DNA of 64,000 nt from Eledone cirrhosa (GCA_964016885.1 OZ024748.1:50158001-50222000); one strand, 5' to 3'. Shown: positions 1-14,525, counted from the first letter of the stretch. Notes: generated from the letters alone by a model not told the origin. Numbers and translations: made by a program.

Positions 1-34
1 GTTATTCGTAGTGTTCGGGTGTTCTTACTGCATT

Positions 35-75
<41 letters not shown>

Positions 76-514
76 TATATATGTACTGGTATCTACTTGT
101 CTATGGTAGGGTCAATAGCTTCACCCTTTGTTTTCATTGTTCAACACACACATACACACACTCAAGCGTGAAACTAAAAGCCTACCATTTGTACTGCCTC
201 TTTGTTTTTTGTTCACATCACGGACGCTCTATCTCAAAAATATTTTTGAAAAGCATTAGAAATGCGCAACCGGTAAAACTTAAAACCAAAACTGAATACT
301 AACCAATACAATTACTAATTCTCACTTATTCCTAATTAAACTATTTTTCACTGTGAACAATTTGTCAGCATTTTCTATTCCGTTTACCAATATATATATG
401 TATATATATGTGTCTGTGTCTGTGTGTGTGTGTATGTGTGTGTGTGTATATAATACATACATATGATAAAAGAGAGATAAGTTTTTAAATGCCAGTACAA
501 TGTAGTAGAAATAT

Positions 515-703
515 ATAATTGTTTCTACTTTAGGCACAAGGCCAGCAATTACCCAGTGCATTACTGGTACTTTATTTTATCGACCCCGTAAGGATGAAAG
601 GCAAAGTCAACCTCGGCGGGATTTGAACTCAGATCGTAAAGGGACGTAGCTATGCTGGAAAGCATGGCGTCCGACCCTCTACTGATACTGCCAATCCACC
701 GCT
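515..703 (-). mobile_element. tRNA-derived SINE, family 1 (near full length)
   Basis: Minus strand has A-box-like TGGCAGTATCAG, B-box GAGTTCAAATCC, central GCCGAGGTTGACTTTGCCTTTCATCCTTACGGGGTCGATAAAATAAAGTACCAG and tail GTAGAAACAATTAT; near-identical to the copy at 28084-28268. Confidence 0.9.
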
Positions 704-1125
704 GGTCAAATATATTTCTACTACAAACAGCTGGCGCGCTTGGAACCGTCATTAAGATGGCTGCTCCACAGCTATCGATCTACATACAATTATATGTGCC
801 CACTTCTTAATGGGGAGAAATGTACATGAGAGCGTATGTTGTGTACAAGATCACTGGTAAGAGATTTAACTCTTTATATACCGGAAGTACCGTCTGGATA
901 CTACACATACTTATCATGGAGCACATGACGACGAGAACCTCTTCTGTTAAAAACGCCTTGACAGATGCCACAGCGAAGATATTGTGGTCACCATAGTGAC
1001 GTCGTAAAGGAACGTGGGCTATTTAAAAATCAAAGAGGTCAATATTATCACTCCCACCCCTAAAAATGATAAATAATAGATTGGAAATGTATAAAGCATA
1101 ACCAGAATGTATTGAAATGTTTATT

Positions 1126-1292
1126 TATACTGGATGGCCACTGAAAAACTTGTTCGTTTTCAATCTTTTTTATTTATTTTTATTTTTTTGCAGGTTATAG
1201 GGCATCCCTGTTTTTCACACATAATACTGAAAACGTGTTTGTAAAAGTTATTTTTGTTTTATATCATTCAGTCTTTCAGTAGCCACCTTATA
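1126..1292. mobile_element. Degenerate Tc1/mariner-like MITE
   Basis: Imperfect ~23-bp terminal inverted repeats TATACTGGATGGCCACTGAAAAACT / AGTCTTTCAGTAGCCACCTTATA with TA at both ends; no ORF. Confidence 0.45.
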
Positions 1293-1744
1293 TTTGGATA
1301 CTAGTAGGAAATAAAAAAATAAAACAGTAGTGAGCTGCAAACTCAACAGACGTGAAGTTGTTCTATTGGACATGAACACATGTCTTGCATTCCTATAGAT
1401 ATCAGCTGATCAAATGATGTAAATATACCCATTAAGGATGGGAAAGAAAGAGAACCTCTATAGTAAGCAAATGCCGAAATTACAGCTCTTGTTTCCTGAT
1501 TACTGAACTTCTTCTCCCTCTACTGTTGAAGAATTTAGGGTCTCTCAATCCCCCACCAAACAAACAACAACAACAAAGTAAATTCACTCGTCACAGGCAT
1601 TTTAAATTGCTTAGTGTTATTCTAATGTTGTGTGAAATATCCCAAAGACTCTCTATTTGAGTTTCCCCCAGCCAACACGCAAATATAAATGTCTTACAAC
1701 ACACAATCATATTGAAACTCTAGAAGTAAGGATGTTAGACTTAG

Positions 1745-2000
1745 AAGTAAGGATGTTAGACTTAGGATCATAATGTCGTTGGTTCGATTCATGGAATGGG
1801 TTGTGTGTTGTGCTCTTGAGAAAAAACACTTCATTTCACGTTGCTCCAGTACACTCAGTTGAAAATAAGTACCAGCAATGGTTAAGGGAATATCACTAGG
1901 ATGGACTGGTGTCCTGTCCAGGGGAAAGTACTTTCACTCGTTTAGGGCCACTAAAACCGGGATAAACTCCGGGTTGATGAGCCTCTGGGCTCGAGATAAA
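1745..2000 (+). mobile_element. tRNA-derived SINE, family 2 (CORE-like central domain), diverged
   Basis: B-box GGTTCGATTC followed by GTTGTGCTCTTGAGAAAAAACACTTCATTTCACGTTGCTCCAG, similar to copies at 5449, 14040, 37250, 38920 and 39590. Confidence 0.65.
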
Positions 2001-3017
2001 CTCTGGAGACTTTAGAACACGCTATTACATATGTCCTTACAGCACAAACAATTATACTTTAAAAATTAATCAAACACTCTCGTGTCCAAGGAGACATGTA
2101 CACATACTGCATGATTGCAGGTACATTCACTTGCATGCAATCATTAATTCACACTCTCATCATGCTTGCAGCTACCTGCAGGTCTCTTGAACAAAGAAAG
2201 AAAGCATGACACTTTATTAGTGACCGGCTTAGATTCTGCGAAAAACTTAAATATAAATCTCATAGAAAAACACACACTGCATACCTATCTACCTACATAC
2301 CTACCTATATACATACCCGCCTACCTGCACACATACTAACATATATAAATATATGCATAATTGTATACACCTATACACACACATACACACACGCTTATAT
2401 ATATATATACAGTATATGTGTGTGTGTGTATATATATGTATATATATATATATATATAGTATACATATATACATAGAATGATACATACGTACATAGAATG
2501 ATACATACATGCTTGAATAGACTAAGGGGATAGTGAGAGAAAGTGAACGAAATAGACAAACAAACAAACTAGGAAAGAAGAACTAGAGAAAGTAGAGGCC
2601 TCGTTGACATCGGAGAATGTCGAACATTTGTAAATGCCCAAGGCGTTGATTGAATGAGGGCACTCTGTGAATTTGTATTATTATTGTACTGGGCGCCAAT
2701 GCTGTGATTCGCCTACAGCACAAAAAAGCAAATGCAAAAATCCCATTAATGCTGTTACTGCTATATAATACGCACGCATACACACGAACAGACACCCACA
2801 CACGCCCAGGGGCACACAAACACGCGCACGCACACACACACACGCACATATATCTGTATATGTATATATATTTATATATATATAGCCAAAGCTTCGATTT
2901 TACTACGCTTCCACTTGTAATTATAAATATGAATATATATATATATGATGGCTGCCCCTCGTTATCTAGTATGGCCATTGCACGATATACCATTATTAAT
3001 TATTATTAATTAATTCT

Positions 3018-3081
3018 AAAATAAAGTACCAGTAATGTACTGGGTAATTGCTGGACTTGTGCCTAACGTAGAAACAATTAA
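3018..3081 (+). mobile_element. 5'-truncated SINE family 1 (3' end only)
   Basis: AAAATAAAGTACCAGTAATGTACTGGGTAATTGCTGGACTTGTGCCTAACGTAGAAACAATT, flanked by repeated TTAATTAATTCTA (TSD-like). Confidence 0.8.
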
Positions 3082-3214
3082 TTAATTCTATCGTGCAATG
3101 CCTGTGCGTGAAGATATTTTTTAAAGTGAGGAAAGACTGTGCACTGAGCCAATCCCACTCTCTGAGCGACAGTAGCTGTAACCCGAAAAGAAGAAAAGAT
3201 CAACATCATCGGTA

Positions 3215-3540
3215 ACTACTGAGCCGCATGTTTTATATCGGAGTTATCCCAGGTTCCTGAGTTGCCCTCTCCTAGAAGAATGCCCTGACAAAGGCTAGGG
3301 GCCCTTCACTCCCAGTGGTTTAACTGCGCGGTACATGTGTATATACATATTTACACACTTTCGGATGGCCGTTGACTCTTATGAGTTCTTCCGCCCTTTG
3401 TAGGCTTTTTTTTTCTGCAGGGTGTCCAAATTCACCCTCCTCACCAAGTAAACTTGGTGGGGTTGCCGGTTTAGTCGCTGACGACCCGACTATGCGACAG
3501 GTAGTACTGGGTTACATGTTACCAGTTGCACTCAAGAGTG
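3215..3540 (-). mobile_element. Possible RTE-clade LINE 5' region remnant
   Basis: GC-richer non-repeat block (GAGTTGCCCTCTCCTAG...AAGGCTAGGGGCCC) reminiscent of RTE 5' UTRs, from recollection only; no protein motif. Confidence 0.3.
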
Positions 3541-3639
<99 letters not shown>

Positions 3640-3797
3640 GCATATTTTTTGTGTATACTTACATTTTTGTAACTTACCAATAAGATCCGTATCATGTTCT
3701 GTAATCGATATCCGAGTGGTTGTAATCTAGTGTGGAACGCATAATGAAGTGGCAGCATATTAAAACATATTAAAACATAAATGTATATACATATATG

Positions 3798-3860
<63 letters not shown>

Positions 3861-3953
3861 GTCCAACGTCGATTCCCTCGTCTGTGTCTTACCAAGCTTG
3901 AAGCTAATAGGACATTGTGAATTGTATCTCTATATTCCTCTTATTTATTCTTC

Positions 3954-4047
<94 letters not shown>

Positions 4048-4074
4048 ATACATATGATGTATACATTTGAGAAG

Positions 4075-4230
4075 TCAACTTGGAAAAACAACACAGGAGA
4101 AGAATTATGATATAGTTTAGATTAACGCTTTATATAGAAGGAAAACGTGTTTTAGCCTTTCGTACGTTTATACTTTATCATAAGATAGAATGAGAGATAG
4201 TAGAAGAAATAGAAGGATAGAAAATGAGAA
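4075..4230 (-). mobile_element. Decayed PLE pseudo-LTR-like repeat
   Basis: Minus strand CTCATTCTATCTT-ATGATAA-AGTATAAACGTAC-GAAAG...GCGTTAATCTAAAC parallels the 57390-57470 element (CTCATTCTATGTT-CTGATGA...CGAAAC...GCGTTAAACTAAT) but the core is mutated. Confidence 0.45.
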
Positions 4231-5019
4231 AACCTACACACATTTATATTTTACTTGTGCACCAATACACCATGTTTATGTTATAAATAATCTTGTTCAT
4301 TTAAACTTGGGTCCATTACAGCCCAACGCTATATGGATTCGAACTGACTGACTAAAGCTCCAGCCTTATAAATACTAGTAGAAAAACCACCATTCGGGTG
4401 GTTTTCTGCTAGCTTGTGTAGTGTGTATATTGATATTATACGCAGATATGATACATCAAATAAAATCGTAATTGACAATATACACAGAAATTGAACGAAG
4501 TCTGCGTTACACTGTCTTATGTAATCAGTAACGTAATCCATTAAAAAAGACGATATTATATATAAACTGCATTAGGAGAAAATTTGTATGTTTATTTAAG
4601 CGATCGCCACCGGAAGTATTGACATCACACACTCTCTCTTTCTAAAAATATGGTAGTTGAAGTGGCAACGGTATACAGGAAGTGCAACTTTGAAAAGAAG
4701 TCAATTTTAAATTATTTATTTTTACGAAATTATTTTTGTTTACGAAATTGAGTAGATAAATTATGTAATATTCATTCATTATTTATTCAAAGTAACCCAA
4801 CTTATTTTACAAACGGGATAAAAAAAAAATAAACCGTACGCAATCCCGCAGATCTTCCTTTATTATAGTTTAGATTAATTAGCCATCACACAAGGTCATC
4901 GTTTACAAAGGAAAATTCACTTCAAAGCGATAGAATTTGCTTGTTATCTAGACACAAGAGAGCACTGCATCATATATATAAGAGCGCGCCCAGACAGAGA
5001 GGTTATATATATATATAGG

Positions 5020-5135
5020 ATAAAAGGATGAAATGCAAAGCTAACTTCGGTGACATTTGAACTCAGAACTTAAAGAATGGTAACTAAATAGCACACAATA
5101 TGTTATCACAGACTCTACCGATTACTGCCAACTAC
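5020..5135 (-). mobile_element. Diverged SINE family 1 fragment
   Basis: GGATGAAATGCAAAGCTAACTTCGG...ATTTGAACTCAGA...CTCTACCGATTACTGCCAA aligns to the family-1 5' half. Confidence 0.7.
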
Positions 5136-5448
5136 TTCCTCTTCTTGAGACTAATAAGCGTAGTTTATCGTTGTAACACTATTAAGACAACTTTACACAG
5201 TTAATTTTATTTAATGCAATATATTTAATTAATGGTTAATCATCCTCTGTTTTAGTGTAGCGTCAGAAATAGTAGTTTCCACAGTTGAGTTAATGATGAT
5301 ACTAGAACAGTCAATCAAGGATAAATCGAAATAATTAAGCCATTGATTGTTCAAAGAACGCTGGAATCTGGTTTAGGTACAAACGCAAATGTGATATGTT
5401 GAAATGTTAAGAAGGCCCCCTCATCAAATCTTAGATGGTGGGAATATA

Positions 5449-5720
5449 GTGAAGGCGTGGGGCTTATTGGTTTGGGCATTACAGTCACAATTGTGTAGTG
5501 GGGATTTCAATTCCCGGAAAGGATGATAAGTTATGTCCTTGAGCAAGTCACTTTATTTCACTTTATTTCACGTTGCTCTCTCTGCTTGGCGATGCACTTG
5601 TAGATAGTATCAGCAATGGAAAGACCTATGGTTACATTGTTTCCTTGGTCCGATTTGACGAGTTCCACCTTACTTGGTTAGCGAAGGAGGCCTGGGATCT
5701 TGTTGATCAGAAAAAGCAAT
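5449..5720 (+). mobile_element. SINE family 2 (CORE-like)
   Basis: GTGAAGGCGTGG head, TTCAATTCCCGG B-box, GTCCTTGAGCAAGTCACTTTATTTCAC core; 3' part (GATAGTATCAGCAATGGAAAGACC...GGTCCGATTTGACGA) matches the 14040-14232 copy. Confidence 0.75.
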
Positions 5721-5864
5721 AGATATATATATACTCTCCCACAACACGTTTACTTATGTGCATCTACATATACACACATATACTCTTTTACCTGAATACA
5801 AACGTATATGTACGTATGTCTACATTAACTGTAGCTTTATAGTAACGTGGGCTTCAGTTTCGTG

Positions 5865-6240
5865 CAGTGTAATGCAGTGCCATGTATTGCAGTGTAGTGT
5901 AGGGTAGTGTCGTGTAGTTTACTGTAATGTAATGTAATGTAGTGTAGGGTACTGTCGTATAGAATAGTGTAGTGTAATGTATTGTAGTGTAGGGTAGTGC
6001 CGTGTAGTTTACTGTAGTGTAATGTATTATAATGTAGTGTAGGCTAGTGTACTGTAGTTTACTGTAGTGTAAGTATTATGTAGTGTAATGTAGAGTTGTG
6101 TAGTGTACTGTAGTATCATGCAAACAGTGCATGTTAGTACAACAATATATAGTGAAAGGCTGTATTGTGCAATAAAGTGTTGTATACTGCAGTGTAGTGT
6201 ACTGTCATGCAATGAAGTGCACTCTAGTGCGGTGACGTGC
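5865..6240. repeat. Degenerate pentameric (GTAGT/GTAAT)n satellite
   Basis: Visible 5-bp periodicity with internal longer duplications (GTAGTGTAGGGTAGTG-CGTGTAGTTTACTGT). Confidence 0.85.
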
Positions 6241-6543
6241 ATGGGATAACAATTGCAAATTTTATAGTGATTCTGCCGTTCTGTATGGAATTAGCCAACT
6301 GAGACTCTACATATGTTGATTGACTATATAAACAATATTACATGATTAGCTTGTACATATACTGTTGCCATTTATAGTGGAGACATAGCCATATTGATAC
6401 ATGATAACAACAGAAACCTAACTACTCAACAACATAAACCAATTGCATCATTGTACAGTATTTTATGTTTAAAATCAATCTTAACTAATGCATTCCGGCT
6501 TTGTTGCCCTAACATTGTTAATCACTCCATAAAACGTTAGATT

Positions 6544-7926
<1,383 letters not shown>

Positions 7927-8230
7927 CTTCCTCCCGTTAGACCTGTACGGAATTCCTTCCTTGCACACATTCCAACCAGGTTTGATGGTCTTTATTGTCT
8001 CTCGTTCACGATTTCACCGAACTTATATTCATGGAAATTTGGGACTTGACTCGTTCTTCCTCACTTTTCGTTGCTTCACCATCTTTGTTTGTTTACACTC
8101 TCGTGTCCCCTTTATTTACGTGTCCCAACGACTTTTTTTAGCCGTTGCTCGCACCAACCGGAGGTATATAGTCTTTAAAGCGATGTAATACCAATGATGG
8201 TTGGAAGATCACTGATGAAGGGCCACTTTA

Positions 8231-8233
<3 letters not shown>
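7927..8233 (+). mobile_element. (TA)n-embedded PLE pLTR-like repeat, family E (truncated after CTGATGAAG)
   Basis: Bounded by (TA)n on both sides; AAAGCGATGTAATACCAATGATGGTTGGAAGATCACTGATGAAGG matches the reverse complement of 40283-40338. Confidence 0.55.
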
Positions 8234-8273
<40 letters not shown>

Positions 8274-8358
8274 CGGAATAACAGAAAACAAAAAAAAAAA
8301 ACAATAAGAAACAGACAAACGCAGGAGTAAATGTTACAAATATTATTAGTTAAAGACT

Positions 8359-8548
8359 AAAGGCCGGGTATTGACAGTATCGGTAGAGGGTTGGACGCCA
8401 TGCTTTGACGCATAGAGTTACTTCCCTTGCCATTCTGAGTTCAAATCCCGCCAAGGTTAACTTTGCCTTTCATCCTTACAGGGTCGATAAAATAAAGTAC
8501 CAGTAATACACTGGGTAGTTGCTGGCCCTTGTGCTAAAAGTAGAAACA
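8359..8548 (+). mobile_element. SINE family 1 with 17-bp TSD
   Basis: Full SINE body flanked by ATTATTAGTTAAAGACT at 8342-8358 and 8549-8565. Confidence 0.9.
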
Positions 8549-8650
8549 ATTATTAGTTAAAGACTGTGTGAATGTGAGTGCTTGATAGAAAGATAAGTAG
8601 ATAGATATATAGATGAACACACACACATATATATACGCACTCAAACACAG

Positions 8651-8719
<69 letters not shown>

Positions 8720-9165
8720 ATGTATTGGTAATAAAATCCGTGTCCAGAAAAATGTGAATCCTCGAGACATCCAGACGTCTATATAGATTCACAGCACCAC
8801 AACTCATTACGTGGATAATCTACAAAACCTTTGTGTTTCTTTATACCCTCGTTATCACATTCTGTCATTCTTTTCATCTCTGGTAAGCGAACATTCTCTC
8901 CCAAACACACCCCATTTATACCCCTTCTCACCCATACTCTTTCTCATGTTTCTGTCTGAAGATATTTGCCATCTTGCTCAATATCCACCGCATGCCTGCA
9001 TATCTACATACCATCTCCCAACCCCGCTGTAGTTTTGATGCATGTCTATATGCCGACTTGCATGCTTGTCTATTTTTCATTCATGCTTGCTTCCTAGCCC
9101 GACAGACACTCGAGAATGCGGGAAGTTCCATGTATATAAGTACAAACAGAAAGGCAGACAGACAC

Positions 9166-9301
<136 letters not shown>

Positions 9302-10376
9302 TGTGAGAGAGAGAGAAAGAGAGAGCGAGACCCACACACACACATATATATGTATATATATACACTCGAGATATGTCAAAGATCAGATAGCATAAGAGAG
9401 AAATGGTAACACAAATCTAAATAATTACACAATACTTCAGTATTGGCCAAATACAAATATATATATTTAAATAAATACAATATATATATTTACGTAATTA
9501 AGAAAGGTGTTGCGAAGAGGAACGGACACCAACCGCAGTTAAATAAGGTAGTCAATACATTAGTAGAGAAAGTACACGTTTATTACCAAATTATAATTCT
9601 TTCATTCGCTTACAATCATCTGGATGAAATAATTTAGCCATTTTAATCTTCTGACACGTGTCTTTACAAAAATATAGAAAGATATATGTAAAATCAAAAT
9701 AGTTATAAATCTCACTGAAGATTCACTATTCATATTATGTAGCAGCATATCTGAGTATTGAATCAAGAAATTAGATACATATTCTGTTCATTTTTATGAC
9801 ATCAGAGAAAGAGTACTGATGAAGCCAGAAAATATCCCTGAAATAATTGGTATCCTCATATCACTATTGAAAATGACTCTAATAGAACGAAGATGGTAGA
9901 AGGGACAGCAAACAAAAGGAGAGAAAAGATAAAAATAGTTGCCTGTGATGAAAAGGCAATTCAAGGAACTGAAGTTTCGGCTTAATCCGTTTATTGAAGG
10001 AGAGTAGAAGAAAGAAGGTATAATATATATATATATATATATATGTATAAAAAGGTTCCCGGACTCGAGTTTCTGCCGCACTAATGCAGCAGTAAGGTGC
10101 ACTGCACCATCTGTCTGCATATATTATGCAACAATGTATATATATGCAACAATATATATATATTATGCAAAAATATATATATATATACAAAAAAAATCAA
10201 ATAAACAGACAAACAAAATAAGAAGTGATATAAAGAAAGCACAAAAAATGGTCTGCTAACAATTAGGAAAAAATTGTGAAGATGTTGCCATGGGAGTAAA
10301 CTGGCTGCAACCGGATGGAATGTGCAACGGCTGATGGCAGTTGGTGTGTCTGCAGCGTGTGTGCGTATATATATAT

Positions 10377-10581
10377 ATAGGAACGAGTAGGACCCCGACG
10401 GCTGAGCTCAAGCCGTTTCGACGGCTAATTATGGACAAAATTAGAGTCCAGAATTAGCCGTCGAAACGGCTTGAGCTCAGCCGTCGGGGTCCTATTCGTT
10501 CCTATTACCCACTCTACTACCCTAAGTATTGAGTACTTTGGTGCGTTAAGGTCCACCTGGTTCCTTACCACATTTCCTTCG

Positions 10582-10585
<4 letters not shown>
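10377..10585 (+). mobile_element. (TA)n-embedded fold-back repeat, family A (PLE pLTR-like)
   Basis: ~60-bp inverted arms 10377-10436 / 10446-10505 plus an ~80-bp one-sided tail; (TA)n on both sides; homologous to 14345, 14921, 27646 and 49079. Confidence 0.8.
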
Positions 10586-10643
<58 letters not shown>

Positions 10644-10651
10644 ATATATAT

Positions 10652-10757
10652 AAAGAGGAAAGAAAGAAGAACGGGAGGAAATTTTCCTTCATCAGTTGTC
10701 TGCTGGGGATCTAATTGATGAAGGAAAATGTTCTCCCTTTCTTGCTTTCCTCTTTTT
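10652..10757. repeat. Imperfect inverted repeat between (TA)n tracts
   Basis: AAGAGGAAAG...ATTTTCCTTCATCAGTT vs AATTGATGAAGGAAAAT...CTTTCCTCTT; the minus strand of the left arm reads CTGATGAAGG. Confidence 0.65.
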
Positions 10758-10797
10758 CTAAGTCCACTTTATCCAGCAACTACACATCCCGTTTATT

Positions 10798-10850
<53 letters not shown>

Positions 10851-10881
10851 AGATCAAAAGATGGTTAAAGGAGTTCCATGT

Positions 10882-10950
10882 ATTTTATTATGCGCATTTC
10901 AAAAACAAACATCATCATGCAATAATATTTGTGTTTTCATCAGATAAAAC
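10882..10950 (-). ncRNA. Minimal type-I hammerhead ribozyme motif
   Basis: Minus strand: GTTTTAT-CTGATGA-[AAACACAAATATTAT TGCATG ATGATGTTTGTTTTT, ~14-bp stem II]-GAAA-TGCGCA-TA-ATAAAAT. Stem I is 7 bp, stem III is the palindrome ATGCGCAT, predicted cleavage after AUA. Confidence 0.8.
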
Positions 10951-11211
10951 AGGAGAACATGATATGAAGGCTAAAAAACACTTGTGGATAGTGCAGTTTT
11001 AAATCAACATATTATATTATGCATACTCCAGTCCTACAAACTGTAGAGTGCTTCTTATCCGATATCTGCATTGCTTTATTGTACTACAATAAAACTCACC
11101 TCCTACATATATATATATATATCTAGAGATTGTAACTTGGTAAGTGGCGAAATGCGCGTCACCTACCAATAAATGTAATGAAGGAGTAACCAATCATCCT
11201 TGTTATCCTTT

Positions 11212-11311
<100 letters not shown>

Positions 11312-11353
11312 ATGAGTGTGTGTGTGTCTGTTTGATTGCGCTGTTATCTACGA

Positions 11354-11895
11354 GAGTTGTAAGCACATCCACAACCAACACCACCACAAATACCAACGTA
11401 AGTAACAGCCCAACACCACTCTACCTCCACTATGACCACATTCACTACATCACCAACGTCACCATCACCACCACTACCACTGCCATCACCTCCACAACCA
11501 CCCCCACAACGACCCCCACCACTACCACCACTATCAACACCACCATCAACACCACCAGCACCACCACCACCACCATCGCCACTACCACCACCACCACCAA
11601 CAACAACACCACTACGACCACCACCACCACGACCACCGCCACCATCAACACCACCACCACCACCACTACCACCACCGCCACCACCACCATCGCCACTACC
11701 ACCACCACCACCAACAACAACACCACTACGACGACCACCACCACGACCACCACCACCATCAACACCACCACCACCACCACCATCGCCACTACCACCACCA
11801 CCAACAACAACAACAACACCACTACGACCACCACCACCACGACCACCACCACCATCAACACCACCACCACCACCACCATCGCCACCATCGCCACT

Positions 11896-11927
<32 letters not shown>

Positions 11928-12433
11928 CACCACTACGACCACCACCACAACGACGACCACCACCACCATCAACACCACCACCACCACCACCACCATCGCC
12001 ACTACCACCATCACCACCACCACCAACAACACCACTACGAACACCACCACGACGACCACCACCACCACCATCAACACCACCACCACCATCGCCACTACCA
12101 CCACCACCAACAACAACAACAACACCACTACGACCACCACCATCTCCACCACCACCACCGCCACCACCACCACCACCACCAACACCACCACCACCAACAC
12201 CACCACCAACAACAACAACAACACCACTACGACCACCACCACGACGACCACCACCACCACCACGACGACCACCACCACCACCATCAACACCACCACCACC
12301 ATCAACACCACCACCACCACCATCAACACCACCACCATCAACACCACCACCACCACCACCATCAACACCACCACCACGACCACCACCACGACGACCATCA
12401 CCACCACCACCGCCACCACCACTACCATCAACA
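11354..12433. repeat. (ACC/AAC)n-rich block flanked by a 25-bp direct repeat
   Basis: TGTTTGATTGCGCTGTTATCTACGA at 11329-11353 and 12434-12458; the head of the block matches 16420-16650. Confidence 0.85.
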
Positions 12434-12507
12434 TGTTTGATTGCGCTGTTATCTACGACAGTGATGCCGTCTATGGGAGGCAGATAATCATAATTGTCAT
12501 GGAGGTT

Positions 12508-12548
<41 letters not shown>

Positions 12549-12837
12549 AGAAAAAGATGGCGATGATGCTAGTTAAGAACACATCAGCATGTATACTGTA
12601 GGGTGGTATAAATATGGTTGACAGAGGTAGCTATAATGAAACTACAATAACAAGAAGAGAACAAAAATAAATAAAAGACTATGATTGGTTGATAGCCCAA
12701 TAGCTAAACACAAACATGTGTACAGATGTGTCCTTATGAACGTGTAAGTGTATGTATGTGAATATACATATATATTTATATGTACATACATTTATATATA
12801 TATATATATATATATAAGCAAATATGCATATCTATGC

Positions 12838-12871
<34 letters not shown>

Positions 12872-13014
12872 GTGTGTGTGTGTGTGTGTGCGCGTGAGTG
12901 TGCGAGCGTGTCTGCGTGTGTGTGTGTATGCAAAGGGCAAACAGATATAACAAAGTAAATGACACAGTACAATGAAGAACTATATCATTAATATATATAT
13001 ATATATATAAACAG

Positions 13015-13097
<83 letters not shown>

Positions 13098-13176
13098 CAA
13101 CTAGTTTATATATATATATGCTTATTGATATGCAAATGTATGTATTTATATGCATTTACACAAACATTCTCGTACA

Positions 13177-13221
<45 letters not shown>

Positions 13222-13227
<6 letters not shown>

Positions 13228-13311
13228 GACACACGCGTTTACACAGACAGACACTCATATATATATATATATATATAAACCCGACACACGCGTTTACACA
13301 GACAGACACTC

Positions 13312-13343
<32 letters not shown>

Positions 13344-13369
13344 GACACACGCGTTTACACAGACAGACA

Positions 13370-13438
<69 letters not shown>

Positions 13439-13467
13439 GACACACGCGTTTACACAGACAGACACTC

Positions 13468-13499
<32 letters not shown>

Positions 13500-13525
13500 G
13501 ACACACGCGTTTACACAGACAGACA

Positions 13526-13528
<3 letters not shown>
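13222..13528. repeat. Tandem array: ~35-bp unit + variable (TA)n, 5 copies
   Basis: AAACCCGACACACGCGTTTACACAGACAGACACTC at ~13222, 13277, 13338, 13433 and 13494, separated by (AT)n of different lengths. Confidence 0.9.
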
Positions 13529-13587
<59 letters not shown>

Positions 13588-13971
13588 TATATCATGGTAA
13601 CACGGGGGATTGTGATATACAGCAGATACAAATATATAGACCAAAAAGAAACCGTAAATGAAGGAGATTGTAAGAGATACAGATACATAATGGGGTAGAG
13701 TGATAGGTAATATGAAAGAAAGGGAAAAGGGGAGTTAAAAGTATGTAGAGGGAGTGAGAAAGAGGGAGATAGAGAGGCAAAGAGAGATAGAGAAGGGGAG
13801 AGGGAGGTAAATGTATGTAGAGGGAGTGAGAAAGATGGAGTCAAAGTGAAAGACAGAAGCAGTGCCTAAAAGGCAAAGAGGGTAAGAAAATAATATATAA
13901 AGAATTATATTAGTGATCTTCAAGAAAGACTGGTTAAGCGTCTGGTCAGAGGGTATATCATATATATATAT

Positions 13972-14038
<67 letters not shown>

Positions 14039-14039
14039 A

Positions 14040-14232
14040 GTGAAGGCGTGTGGCTGAGTGATCGTGAGGTTGTGAGTTCAATTCCCGGACCAGGTAATGC
14101 GTTATGTCCTTCAGCAAGACACTTTATTTCATGTTGCTCCTTCTACCTGGAGTTGCGACCGATAGATAGTATTAGCAATTGGAAAGACCAAGGGAAACAT
14201 TGTTTCCTCGGTCCGATTTGACGAAAGTCGAT
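14040..14232 (+). mobile_element. SINE family 2 (CORE-like)
   Basis: GTGAAGGCGTGTGGCT...GAGTTCAATTCCCGG...GTCCTTCAGCAAGACACTTTATTTCATGTTGCTCC. Confidence 0.75.
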
Positions 14233-14344
14233 CGTTAATATATATATATATATATACACACACACATATATATTTATCTATCTATCTCTCTATCTATCTA
14301 TATATATACGTATATATATACATATATATTATAGTACATATTAG

Positions 14345-14508
14345 ACAGGGTGTGTTAAAAACCAGCTTGACCCACCAGAGTACTCGATACTTGGGATGGT
14401 TGTAGAGTGGGTGATATGAAAAGTATCAGAAATCCGAACTGATTTTGGATCTAGCTGTCGAAACCGCCGTAGCTCAGCCGTCGTGGTCCCGAATCCTTTC
14501 ATATTACA
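14345..14508. mobile_element. Diverged family A fold-back element
   Basis: Minus-oriented tail (CCAGAGTACTCGATACTTGGG...GTAGAGTGGGTGATATGAAAAG) followed by plus-oriented GCTGTCGAAACC...GCTCAGCCGTCGTGGTCC...CTTTCATATTAC. Confidence 0.65.
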
Positions 14509-14525
14509 TCATATATGGTAATAAA

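Noticed and set aside
9700-10015. Additional HHR-like strings (CTGAAGA + hairpin at 9715; CTGATGAAG at 9816; minus-strand CCGAAACTTCAG near 9970)
   Set aside because: Stem I or stem II cannot be completed, or the core is too mutated; possibly decayed pLTRs but not supportable.
13222-13528. CRISPR-like array
   Set aside because: The spacers are only (TA)n, there are no cas genes, and the context is eukaryotic.
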